Assembly: GCA_964057225.1 (NCBI GenBank)
Contig: OZ059896.1
Span: 18,848,001-18,912,000, forward strand
DNA length: 64,000 nucleotides
Reading direction: 5' to 3'
Origin: Auanema rhodensis
Lineage: Eukaryota > Animalia > Nematoda
Shown: positions 36,529-46,686 of the stretch, one piece after another
How positions within the stretch are numbered: the first letter of the stretch is position 1
Layout of the letters: the number at the start of each line of letters is the position of its first letter
Notes under the pieces: generated by a model
Database searches by the model: none
Told to the model about the DNA's origin: nothing
The model's input: the letters and a program-made list of their open reading frames with translations, nothing else
Program-made: the position numbers and the translations under genes

Positions 36529-39500
36529 GTGCCATTCACAGTGTGATTGTGATATATAGTCTTTTGTAATACTACCGGGCAAACATGTATATGTAATATC
36601 TCGCTGCCTACAAATCTTGCGGCTATATCTTCTCTTCCCAGTATTGTACGCATAGCTATTGTTGGTTCAATTTGTAAAATTGATCTCCATAATTCAAGAT
36701 ACCTATTTTGGATCTCACATATTGATTCGTATGACTCTTTAAAATGTTTCTGCAGTTCTTCTTGAATCATAGTTGTAGCATATTGCAAATGATCTTGTGC
36801 AATTCTGCTTGTTATGTTTTGGCGAAACTGTTGTTCGGAGTCAATTTTTGTGGCAATGTATTGAGCATTAGCCTGTACAGACTCTATATCGGTGGCTGTA
36901 GGCGTTGATGATGCTCTATGTTTACGAATCAAAGATATTGGTGTATATGTAGTTTCTTCCATTATTGGAATTTGTTGATCTTGATGAACAGCGTAGAGAA
37001 TAGTCGTTGGCGGCGCGCGGGTCGATATTGTTGCGCGCGCGGTTGTCGTTGCGGTTGTATGGCGCGCCGTTGTTTCGGGCTGGGCCATCGATGAAGGCGC
37101 GCGCGCGGTAGTTGCTGCGGCTGCCCGAGGGCTTGTAGATGTTTGCGGCAGTATTGCGGGATCTGTTGTGATCAGCGCCTCACGATCGATTATAGGGAGG
37201 GCTGCCATCTCGGCCGCGCCGCCTGCCGCGTTGCTTGGCGCACGCGTCGTGGTTTGCAACGATTTAAGTTGGATTTTCTCTGTCATTAATCTTTTTAACT
37301 GTTCTGATGATATTCTACTAGATGTATTAGGCAAAATATTATCGTTTAGTAGTGGTAAAAATATTTCCAATAATAAGTCCTTAGAGATGTTGTTGGGCTC
37401 TATGAGCTTGGGATGTGGTCCAATTGGTATTCCAAAATTATTCTTGATGTCATAGAACAATTTATCAGTATCAAGTACAAACATTCGTGAAGATGGAATG
37501 TTTATAAATTTTATGTCATCAATATCAGCTGCTGTTTTATTTCTTCTAAGCGTAACGAGAGTTTTTAGCTCATGTACAAGGTCAATTGTATCTTTTATAA
37601 ATTTGCTGTTTCTTTCTTCTTGATCAGTTAATAATTGTTTCCTTATTGGTGGCATTTTTACGAATGCTTTTAATATTTCTTGTCTTGATGGAACTGTTAA
37701 TTTGTCTTCAATTATAACTGGTGTATTGGCTAAATCAAGAGCGATAGTTTCAGCACGCTCTCGATAAGTGCCTTCTTTTGTACGAATTAACCGATCAAAT
37801 TCAATAACGGTCAAACGATCTGATATTTGTTGAAGAAGTTGCCTGGATGTTAAATAAGATATTCCAGCTTTAGTAGCTAAAGCTAATTCTCTTTGAGCAA
37901 CATATTGTAAAATGGCTTCGTCTTTATCACGGAAATCATATTGTTTGAGAAAATGTCTTAAAGATTTCTCATAAATTTGAATTTTAAAGAAAAATTCAAA
38001 ATTTTCACGATGGGCTATTATCCATTCTTTCAAGGAATATGTAGGGTCTACCATACGTCTTCCTTTAATTAGAGGAATAATTTGTGTAATTCCTGGATTA
38101 CTCATAAGTGGTCTTAAAAATGGATATGGGCAAATTCGAAGCGTGTACGTTTCAAAATCTTCAACATCATTTATTCTATCCTGATCGAATGGGAATGAGC
38201 ATTTTGTAGAAGTTGCGCGTTTAGGTCTTTTGAACGGCAATTTCTTAAATTCTCGTTCAATTAGGAGTGTGATATTGTTATCATTAGGATATTTGGGGAA
38301 TGTTATATAATTTCCTGATGTTGTATGGAATGCTGGTTGTCTAAAGCAGGATGCAATTGGTTTTGGTGTTATTTTACTCGAGAGGATAAGCGCTGATTGT
38401 GTACTTGGAATCAAAATAGTTTCTTTGCTTATTATAGCATCGTAGTAATGCATATCGATATAATTACAACGGGAATCCGATGTTTGGGGATCCCATATAA
38501 TTATTGATGTATTTGATTTGCAATTACCATGATGAGCACTACAACCTTCAGTGTTTAGTATTAAATTGGATAATATTGTATCATCGGGCATGCGGGTCAT
38601 GACTCCGCGCTCTAGTACTAAACGCGGCCGCTCCTCGCACTCGTCGCGGCTAAACGCGCGCGCCGGATCATAGGAGGGCTCTGGGGTTGCTTGTGCTATA
38701 CTATCGATTCTCTCCAGCTCCATGTTATTCCATTTGCGATCGCGAATCGCCTGCCTGCACTCGTGCGCCGCTATAGGCTGCACCCTATCGATTGTTCTGT
38801 TTGTGTCGCGGAGGAATAACAAATCGCATACACACAGCTTGTGTACTTCCTTCGAGCAGCGCCACGCGTCCCACTCGTAAGCCGTGTGGTTTCGCGTGTA
38901 TAAATGGATTTGTGTACGTAGCACATGATTTGTTTCTGTTAATTTACATTTCTTTACTACTGGTGGAACTAATAAGGCTCCTCCAGTTGCTTTTGTGCAA
39001 ATTTGATATGAAGTTACACATGGCAGGAAAATTGCTACTGTGATTGCCATTACAACCGTTAGTGATAACGGTGAAAGGGTCACAGAGTTAATTCGTGGTG
39101 TGCTTCTATCTCGTCCTCTTGATTGATCTCTTTGATTGTTAAAATGGACTCTTCTTTGTCCGTTATGTTCATTAGTCCTTCCTCTTCTACTATTGTTTGA
39201 AGGATTAAAATTGTTTGAATGCCAGTTGTTATTAAATCGTCCCGAATTTCGTTCATGATTATTGTTACGGCGATAATTAGCAAAAGAGCCGTTACGATTT
39301 TGGTTGTTATTATATTTTGAAAAGTTTTTATTTTTCTGATAATTTTGATAATTATGATAATTTTTATTGTTTTGGTTATCACGTGGATAATTACGGTCGA
39401 AATTTCGGTTATCTCGTCTCTCGTTTGTGCGCGCGAAAGGAGCTAGTGCTTTGTTTACAGCATTGACTAGCATGGACTGCGTGTCTGTTGTCTGGTTCAT

Positions 39501-40760
39501 TATCGATTCTTCCCAGCGAGCGGCCTCAATCGCATCCGTGAAGGATTTTGGCTTCGCTCGAATCACAGCTGGTTTCAGAGTATTTTTTAGTCCTCTGAGG
39601 AAAGTTGATCTTAATATGTAATCTTTGTGAGGGTCATCCGTGGCAAAAGCGCTTAGTGCAATCGTTCTCAGTGATTGAGCGTAAGCGTCAATTGTCAGAT
39701 CCCCTTGGGTTGTATTTTGGAGATTGATCAGCGCGGGGTCTTGATTATATTCAGGACACAGCTTAGATGTTAAAGCTCTTAACAGGTCATTCCATGAACC
39801 GGTGGTTTTTAATTGTTCAGGTACTTGTCTGTACGCTTCTTCCGCTGCTTCGTTTTTAAGAAGCAAAGGTAGAAGGGCCAATCTCTCCGGGATTACCAGA
39901 CCTACAGCGTTGGCAAATAGGTTGAATTTAGCCGTGAAATCTCGAAAGTTGCGACTGCCATCATAAGTTGGGCAGTAGGGTGATAACAAGGCTTGCGCTA
40001 TGGTAGTTTTCCCTGCCCCAGGTAAAGAAGGTTCAGTTGCCATATTATTTGTACGGGCAGATGGCATTTTTATCACTCTGCCTGTTGTTAATGAGTTCTC
40101 AGACACAGGGGTTGTGTGTACTGAGCGGCTGGGTTGGTTTGGTGCTTTTGAACTTCCTGTTTTTGTATTTGATAAAATTGGGGTTGAAGTTTGGTTATCA
40201 GTAATAGCAAGATGTGTATGTTCGGGTGGTTGTATGGGAGATAAATTAATGTTTGGAACCGACGAGTATCTATTCGTGTGGCTGGTGTTCAAGTTTCGAT
40301 CTTTTGGTGAACGATTGAAGAGATCAGAAACTATGTTTTTAAAAGTTTGTAAACCGCCTGCACTAGTAGTGGCTACTGAAGGTGAAACTGTTGGTTCAGG
40401 GATGGACAGAGAGAGAGATGCGTCCGATTTGCTTGAGTTTTTATTTTTATTTTTCTTATTTTTATTTGAATTAGAGGAGCGTACCTTTTTAGCAGTAACT
40501 GGTGTTTGTTCTTCCACTATGACGGATGTTTCTTCTCCTCCTGGTGGTACGTAATCCTCGTCGCTTAATCGTTCAGTAGGTGAATAAGTGCCTGCACGAG
40601 GAGTAAAGAATTTGTCGGTTTTGTGCTCGGCTTTCTGCTCGTCTTCGATTATAGCGATGCTCTGTGCGCGAGCTCGGCTTCTGGTGAGTGGAGCTGAGTC
40701 TCGCAGATCAAAATCAGTTCGTGTACTGAGAGGTACAGCTGATCGAAATCGCTTGTCCAC
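36522..40760 (-). CDS. gag-env: N-terminal half of the broken polyprotein: Gag (capsid and N/R-rich tail) fused in frame to a signal sequence and class III (gB-like) glycoprotein ectodomain
   Basis: PTYDGS..F, QG.LTIDAY...FLRGL capsid motifs; hydrophobic LTVVMAITVAIFLPC; Cys-rich ectodomain with NxS/T sites; LWRSILQIEPTIAMRTILGREDIAARFVGSEILHIHVC. Confidence 0.9.
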   Translation of the reverse strand: MDKRFRSAVPLSTRTDFDLRDSAPLTRSRARAQSIAIIEDEQKAEHKTDKFFTPRAGTYSPTERLSDEDYVPPGGEETSVIVEEQTPVTAKKVRSSNSNKNKKNKNKNSSKSDASLSLSIPEPTVSPSVATTSAGGLQTFKNIVSDLFNRSPKDRNLNTSHTNRYSSVPNINLSPIQPPEHTHLAITDNQTSTPILSNTKTGSSKAPNQPSRSVHTTPVSENSLTTGRVIKMPSARTNNMATEPSLPGAGKTTIAQALLSPYCPTYDGSRNFRDFTAKFNLFANAVGLVIPERLALLPLLLKNEAAEEAYRQVPEQLKTTGSWNDLLRALTSKLCPEYNQDPALINLQNTTQGDLTIDAYAQSLRTIALSAFATDDPHKDYILRSTFLRGLKNTLKPAVIRAKPKSFTDAIEAARWEESIMNQTTDTQSMLVNAVNKALAPFARTNERRDNRNFDRNYPRDNQNNKNYHNYQNYQKNKNFSKYNNNQNRNGSFANYRRNNNHERNSGRFNNNWHSNNFNPSNNSRRGRTNEHNGQRRVHFNNQRDQSRGRDRSTPRINSVTLSPLSLTVVMAITVAIFLPCVTSYQICTKATGGALLVPPVVKKCKLTETNHVLRTQIHLYTRNHTAYEWDAWRCSKEVHKLCVCDLLFLRDTNRTIDRVQPIAAHECRQAIRDRKWNNMELERIDSIAQATPEPSYDPARAFSRDECEERPRLVLERGVMTRMPDDTILSNLILNTEGCSAHHGNCKSNTSIIIWDPQTSDSRCNYIDMHYYDAIISKETILIPSTQSALILSSKITPKPIASCFRQPAFHTTSGNYITFPKYPNDNNITLLIEREFKKLPFKRPKRATSTKCSFPFDQDRINDVEDFETYTLRICPYPFLRPLMSNPGITQIIPLIKGRRMVDPTYSLKEWIIAHRENFEFFFKIQIYEKSLRHFLKQYDFRDKDEAILQYVAQRELALATKAGISYLTSRQLLQQISDRLTVIEFDRLIRTKEGTYRERAETIALDLANTPVIIEDKLTVPSRQEILKAFVKMPPIRKQLLTDQEERNSKFIKDTIDLVHELKTLVTLRRNKTAADIDDIKFINIPSSRMFVLDTDKLFYDIKNNFGIPIGPHPKLIEPNNISKDLLLEIFLPLLNDNILPNTSSRISSEQLKRLMTEKIQLKSLQTTTRAPSNAAGGAAEMAALPIIDREALITTDPAILPQTSTSPRAAAATTARAPSSMAQPETTARHTTATTTARATISTRAPPTTILYAVHQDQQIPIMEETTYTPISLIRKHRASSTPTATDIESVQANAQYIATKIDSEQQFRQNITSRIAQDHLQYATTMIQEELQKHFKESYESICEIQNRYLELWRSILQIEPTIAMRTILGREDIAARFVGSEILHIHVCPVVLQKTIYHNHTVNGTV

Positions 40761-42157
40761 TTTGGTAGCGCTCTTGGTTTGGAAAAACCTTGAGTGTTTA
40801 GTAACGTGGGGGATTTTGAGACGTTAATGAGTGTTATGGATAAGGGGTTTTGGAAAAGGGTTGAGAAAGCTGTGAGTAACTGGTTTGTATAGTCGGCGTT
40901 AAGGAATGAATCTAAGTTGTGGCCTTTAACAGAGATCCGCCTACTACCGTATGAAAATTTGGACTTTGTTCGCTTTCCAATTTAATATTCTTAAATGTAT
41001 ATAATTCAACCAGTTTGTATATGTTCAAAAATGTTCAGTGCTCACTTGATTGGTGCCTGAGCAATCTCATTAGTCCTTATTCCCATTTTTTTTTCTTTTT
41101 CTGACGATTCTGATCTTCTTGGACTCACGAGTGATCGAAAATGCCACGAAAATGGACTTTGGTAAATGTTCAAAGGATTTTAGCGGTTTTCATAATGTAC
41201 ATTCGTAATAGCATTACTCTTTTAAGGAAGCAATTTGGAAAACGAATGAGTACCGTAGTCCCATCATGATCAGAAATCTAGTTTTAAAATTATGGCTAGG
41301 AATAGATGACTAAAGATTACAATAACTATATTTAAAGAATTATGGTGTTTAGGAATGAGTCTTATGCTTCAAAACAACAATAACGGTATGAGGAAGGTGA
41401 CATATAGTAAGGGGAGAAAATCCAAACTGATATGCTTAAGCCAACACGACCTGATAGACAATCACTAATAATAATTCAGTTCGTAAAATTGTACAGGATT
41501 TTTCGGACTATAGCGATCTTAAATTTCACTTTTCATAATATTCCTCCCATTTAGGTGAGGTTTCCCGTGTAAATTCAATGCGTTATCAAAATATTTTTGG
41601 ATGTTAATGGCAAAAAGTTGTCTGAACAGAAATGTAACGCAAAATAAAATAGTCCTGATCGCAAAATATGAAATAATCTCAATTTGGTGCGCAAAGTTGT
41701 TTCATCCACAAAAAATAAAGAAATAACCGTGGCTATTCTTTCCTCGAAGCCAAAATCAATCCTTAAAAGGAGAAAGTGTGGGCATAAATCTCAATAAAAA
41801 TTATCCTTGGGTGAATTTGTTCACTAATTCATCCTAGGGTCCTCAAAAATGCTTCGAGTTCGGGTAACAGAGTATTCGATTTTAACAGCAAGGTTATAAA
41901 AATTGTTGGGTTCAGACAGACAGAAAATTGTGAACAAACGGGAAAATATAACTTCAGTTTCAAAAAATATAAAATATCCATCTCCAAAAGGAGTGGTCCT
42001 TGCATCTGTTCCCTTTTAAACGTTGTTGGCCCCACCGTATTGTGTTAAGACATGGAGTAGATGGTTTAGAGATATAAGAGAATTCAGATTCAATGAAATA
42101 TTGAAAATAACGACATATAAGAGAAAATAGTCAAGAAATCAAGATAAAAATGTTCGA

Positions 42158-42170
42158 GGTGGAACCTCCA
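42158..42170 (-). promoter_or_regulatory. Primer-binding site for tRNA-Gln (13 nt)
   Basis: TGGAGGTTCCACC directly after the 5' LTR on minus; same core as the family B PBS. Confidence 0.88.
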
Positions 42171-42507
42171 CGTTCCGTTATGCTCTCACGTCGATCCTAT
42201 AGACCAATAAAGCCTACAAGATGAGTGTGATAATATTCCAGATGTAGCGGTAGATAAAGAGCATAATGGATAAACATAAGACTCGAGAAAGAAAGGTTTA
42301 TTATGTCTACATGATTACAATAAGTTATATAAGTCTACATAAAGATATAAAGTGAAAGAGAGCTAAGAAAGGAAGACCAACCATCCATAGTCATTCCATA
42401 AGGCAAAGCTGAAGTCTGTGTTCCATATGAAGGGCGTGTCGTCCTCTCTCAGCCTCATGTCGTCTGATTCTAACCCGCCTGCTACGTATTGATTTCCGAA
42501 TGGAACG
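42171..42507 (-). repeat. 5' LTR of element C
   Basis: Direct repeat of 32085-32421, followed on minus by the PBS. Confidence 0.97.
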
Positions 42508-42515
42508 ATTTACAT

Positions 42516-42588
42516 GGCCTTGTGGCCTAATGGATAAGGCGTTGGACTTCGGATCCGAAGATTGTAGGTTCGAGTCCTGCCACGGTCG
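42516..42588 (+). tRNA. tRNA-Arg(TCG) next to element C (C28T, G68C variant)
   Basis: Begins 8 bp from the LTR end; has lost its native upstream flank beyond -8. Confidence 0.85.
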
Positions 42589-43646
42589 TTATTTTTTGTT
42601 TCAAAAAAATCATTACCTGATAGTTTACATGTTTTATTCTGTATTATCTCATACAATTGAAAAAAATACTAGCAGTAAAACAAATGCAGTGATAATATTC
42701 TCGAGAATGTTCCTATACAGAGTGAGAAAATATCAAAAATTCTCCGAAGGTTTTCTCATAAGGTACTAAAATAAAAAAATTATTTCATATTATTATTTTT
42801 CCAGACCTAGAATCGATAAAAAAAATCAACTACATTTTAGTGAGTTACTGGGTTGGGTTATACAAATTGTCTAATTTGAATGCGATTTAGATGGCCTTGT
42901 GGTCTAATGGATAAGGCGTTGGACTTCGGATCCGAAGATTTTAGGTTCGAGTCCTGCCAGGGTCGTTATTTTTTGTTTCAAAAAAATCATTACCTGATAG
43001 TTTACATGTTTTATTCTGTATTATCTCATACAATTGAAAAAAATACTAGCAGTAAAACAAATGCAGTGATAATATTCTCGAGAATGTTCCTATACAGAGT
43101 GAGAAAATATCAAAAATTTCCCGAAGGTTTTCTCATAAGGTACTAAAATAAAAGTATTATTTCATATTATTATTTTTTCAGACCTAGAATCGATAAAAAA
43201 AATCTACTACTTTTTAGTGAGTTACTGGGTTGGGTTATACAAATTGTCTAATTTGAATGCGATTTACATGGCCTTGTGGCCTAATGGATAAGGCGTCGGA
43301 CTTCGGATCCGAAGATTGTAGGTTCGAGTCCTGCCAGGGTCGTTATTTTTTGTTTCAAAAAAATCATTACCTGATAGTTTACATGTTTTATTCTGTATTA
43401 TCTCATACAATTGAAAAAAATACTAGCAGTAAAACAAATGCAGTGATAATATTCTCGAGAATGTTCCTATACAGAGTGAGAAAATATCAAAAATTCTCCG
43501 AAGGTTTTCTCATAAGGTACTAAAATAAAAAAATTATTTCATATTATTATTTTTCCAGACCTAGAATCGATAAAAAAAATCAACTACATTTTAGTGAGTT
43601 ACTGGGTTGGGTTATACAAATTGTCTAATTTGAATGCGATTTAGAT

Positions 43647-43719
43647 GGCCTTGTGGTCTAATGGATAAGGCGTTGGACATCGGATCCGAAGATTTTAGGT
43701 TCGAGTCCTGCCAGGGTCG
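43647..43719 (+). pseudogene. Probable tRNA-Arg pseudogene (C12T, C28T, T33A, G49T)
   Basis: Loss of the invariant U33 and of the 49-65 pair. Confidence 0.7.
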
Positions 43720-45506
43720 TTATTTTTTGTTTCAAAAAAATCATTACCTGATAGTTTACATGTTTTATTCTGTATTATCTCATACAATTGAAAAAAATAC
43801 TAGCAGTAAAACAAATGCAGTGATAATATTCTCGAGAATGTTCCTATACAGAGTGAGAAAATATCAAAAATTTCCCGAAGGTTTTCTCATAAGGTACTAA
43901 AATAAAAGTATTATTTCATATTATTATTTTTTCAGACCTAGAATCGATAAAAAAAATCTACTACTTTTTAGTGAGTTACTGGGTTGGGTTATACAAATTG
44001 TCTAATTTGAATGCGATTTACATGGCCTTGTGGCCTAATGGATAAGGCGTCGGACTTCGGATCCGAAGATTGTAGGTTCGAGTCCTGCCAGGGTCGTTAT
44101 TTTTTGTTTCAAAAAAATCATTACCTGATAGTTTACATGTTTTATTCTGTATTATCTCATACAATTGAAAAAAATACTAGCAGTAAAACAAATGCAGTGA
44201 TAATATTCTCGAGAATGTTCCTATACAGAGTGAGAAAATATCAAAAATTCTCCGAAGGTTTTCTCATAAGGTACTAAAATAAAAAAATTATTTCATATTA
44301 TTATTTTTCCAGACCTAGAATCGATAAAAAAAATCAACTACATTTTAGTGAGTTACTGGGTTGGGTTATACAAATTGTCTAATTTGAATGCGATTTAGAT
44401 GGCCTTGTGGTCTAATGGATAAGGCGTTGGACTTCGGATCCGAAGATTTTAGGTTCGAGTCCTGCCAGGGTCGTTATTTTTTGTTTCAAAAAAATCATTA
44501 CCTGATAGTTTACATGTTTTATTCTGTATTATCTCATACAATTGAAAAAAATACTAGCAGTAAAACAAATGCAGTGATAATATTCTCGAGAATGTTCCTA
44601 TACAGAGTGAGAAAATATCAAAAATTTCCCGAAGGTTTTCTCATAAGGTACTAAAATAAAAGTATTATTTCATATTATTATTTTTTCAGACCTAGAATCG
44701 ATAAAAAAAATCTACTACTTTTTAGTGAGTTACTGGGTTGGGTTATACAAATTGTCTAATTTGAATGCGATTTACATGGCCTTGTGGCCTAATGGATAAG
44801 GCGTCGGACTTCGGATCCGAAGATTGTAGGTTCGAGTCCTGCCAGGGTCGTTATTTTTTGTTTCAAAAAAATCATTACCTGATAGTTTACATGTTTTATT
44901 CTGTATTATCTCATACAATTGAAAAAAATACTAGCAGTAAAACAAATGCAGTGATAATATTCTCGAGAATGTTCCTATACAGAGTGAGAAAATATCAAAA
45001 ATTCTCCGAAGGTTTTCTCATAAGGTACTAAAATAAAAAAATTATTTCATATTATTATTTTTCCAGACCTAGAATCGATAAAAAAAATCAACTACATTTT
45101 AGTGAGTTACTGGGTTGGGTTATACAAATTGTCTAATTTGAATGCGATTTAGATGGCCTTGTGGTCTAATGGATAAGGCGTTGGACTTCGGATCCGAAGA
45201 TTTTAGGTTCGAGTCCTGCCAGGGTCGTTATTTTTTGTTTCAAAAAAATCATTACCTGATAGTTTACATGTTTTATTCTGTATTATCTCATACAATTGAA
45301 AAAAATACTAGCAGTAAAACAAATGCAGTGATAATATTCTCGAGAATGTTCCTATACAGAGTGAGAAAATATCAAAAATTTCCCGAAGGTTTTCTCATAA
45401 GGTACTAAAATAAAAGTATTATTTCATATTATTATTTTTTCAGACCTAGAATCGATAAAAAAAATATAAAAAAAAATAAAAAAAAAAATAACGACCCTGG
45501 CAGGAC

Positions 45507-46686
45507 ATAACGCATTGAATTTACACGGGAAACCTCACCTAAATGGGAGGAATATTATGAAAAGTGAAATTTAAGATCGCTATAGTCCGAAAAATCCTGT
45601 ACAATTTTACGAACTGAATTATTATTAGTGATTGTCTATCAGGTCGTGTTGGCTTAAGCATATCAGTTTGGATTTTCTCCCCTTACTATATGTCACCTTC
45701 CTCATACCGTTATTGTTGTTTTGAAGCATAAGACTCATTCCTAAACACCATAATTCTTTAAATATAGTTATTGTAATCTTTAGTCATCTATTCCTAGCCA
45801 TAATTTTAAAACTAGATTTCTGATCATGATGGGACTACGGTACTCATTCGTTTTCCAAATTGCTTCCTTAAAAGAGTAATGCTATTACGAATGTACATTA
45901 TGAAAACCGCTAAAATCCTTTGAACATTTACCAAAGTCCATTTTCGTGGCATTTTCGATCACTCGTGAGTCCAAGAAGATCAGAATCGTCAGAAAAAGAA
46001 AAAAAAATGGGAATAAGGACTAATGAGATTGCTCAGGCACCAATCAAGTGAGCACTGAACATTTTTGAACATATACAAACTGGTTGAATTATATACATTT
46101 AAGAATATTAAATTGGAAAGCGAACAAAGTCCAAATTTTCATACGGTAGTAGGCGGATCTCTGTTAAAGGCCACAACTTAGATTCATTCCTTAACGCCGA
46201 CTATACAAACCAGTTACTCACAGCTTTCTCAACCCTTTTCCAAAACCCCTTATCCATAACACTCATTAACGTCTCAAAATCCCCCACGTTACTAAACACT
46301 CAAGGTTTTTCCAAACCAAGAGCGCTACCAAAGTGGACAAGCGATTTCGATCAGCTGTACCTCTCAGTACACGAACTGATTTTGATCTGCGAGACTCAGC
46401 TCCACTCACCAGAAGCCGAGCTCGCGCACAGAGCATCGCTATAATCGAAGACGAGCAGAAAGCCGAGCACAAAACCGACAAATTCTTTACTCCTCGTGCA
46501 GGCACTTATTCACCTACTGAACGATTAAGCGACGAGGATTACGTACCACCAGGAGGAGAAGAAACATCCGTCATAGTGGAAGAACAAACACCAGTTACTG
46601 CTAAAAAGGTACGCTCCTCTAATTCAAATAAAAATAAGAAAAATAAAAATAAAAACTCAAGCAAATCGGACGCATCTCTCTCTCTG
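45507..46686 (+). mobile_element. 1180-bp inverted copy of the element C leader and gag 5' end (source 40407-41586)
   Basis: Reverse-complement match with equal length; no LTR and no TSD. ORF 46333..46752 is the gag start running into array spacer. Confidence 0.95.

Larger units (their letters stand above)
32085..42507 (-). mobile_element. Full-span Ty3/gypsy (metavirus) element C, gag-env-pol order, internally damaged
   Basis: Two 337-bp LTRs, TSD ATTT (32081-32084 and 42508-42511), PBS, and Gag, Env, PR, RT, RH and partial IN motifs. Confidence 0.97.
42508..45465 (+). repeat. tRNA-Arg array plus block 2 (8 genes; 754-bp dimer periodicity)
   Basis: Genes from 42516 to 45155; consensus and variant genes alternate. 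Confidence 0.96.

Noticed and set aside
33760-40827. Plus-strand ORFs within element C
   Set aside because: Antisense shadows of the gag-env-pol frame.
42158-42170. Idea that the elements are primed by the array's own tRNA-Arg
   Set aside because: Both visible PBSs match tRNA-Gln, not the Arg 3' end (...CAGGGTCG-CCA).
45492-45506. Apparent tRNA-Arg PBS in front of the leader copy
   Set aside because: It lacks TGG (the CCA complement), includes the genomic trailer and has no LTR, so it is a DNA-level fragment of the array.
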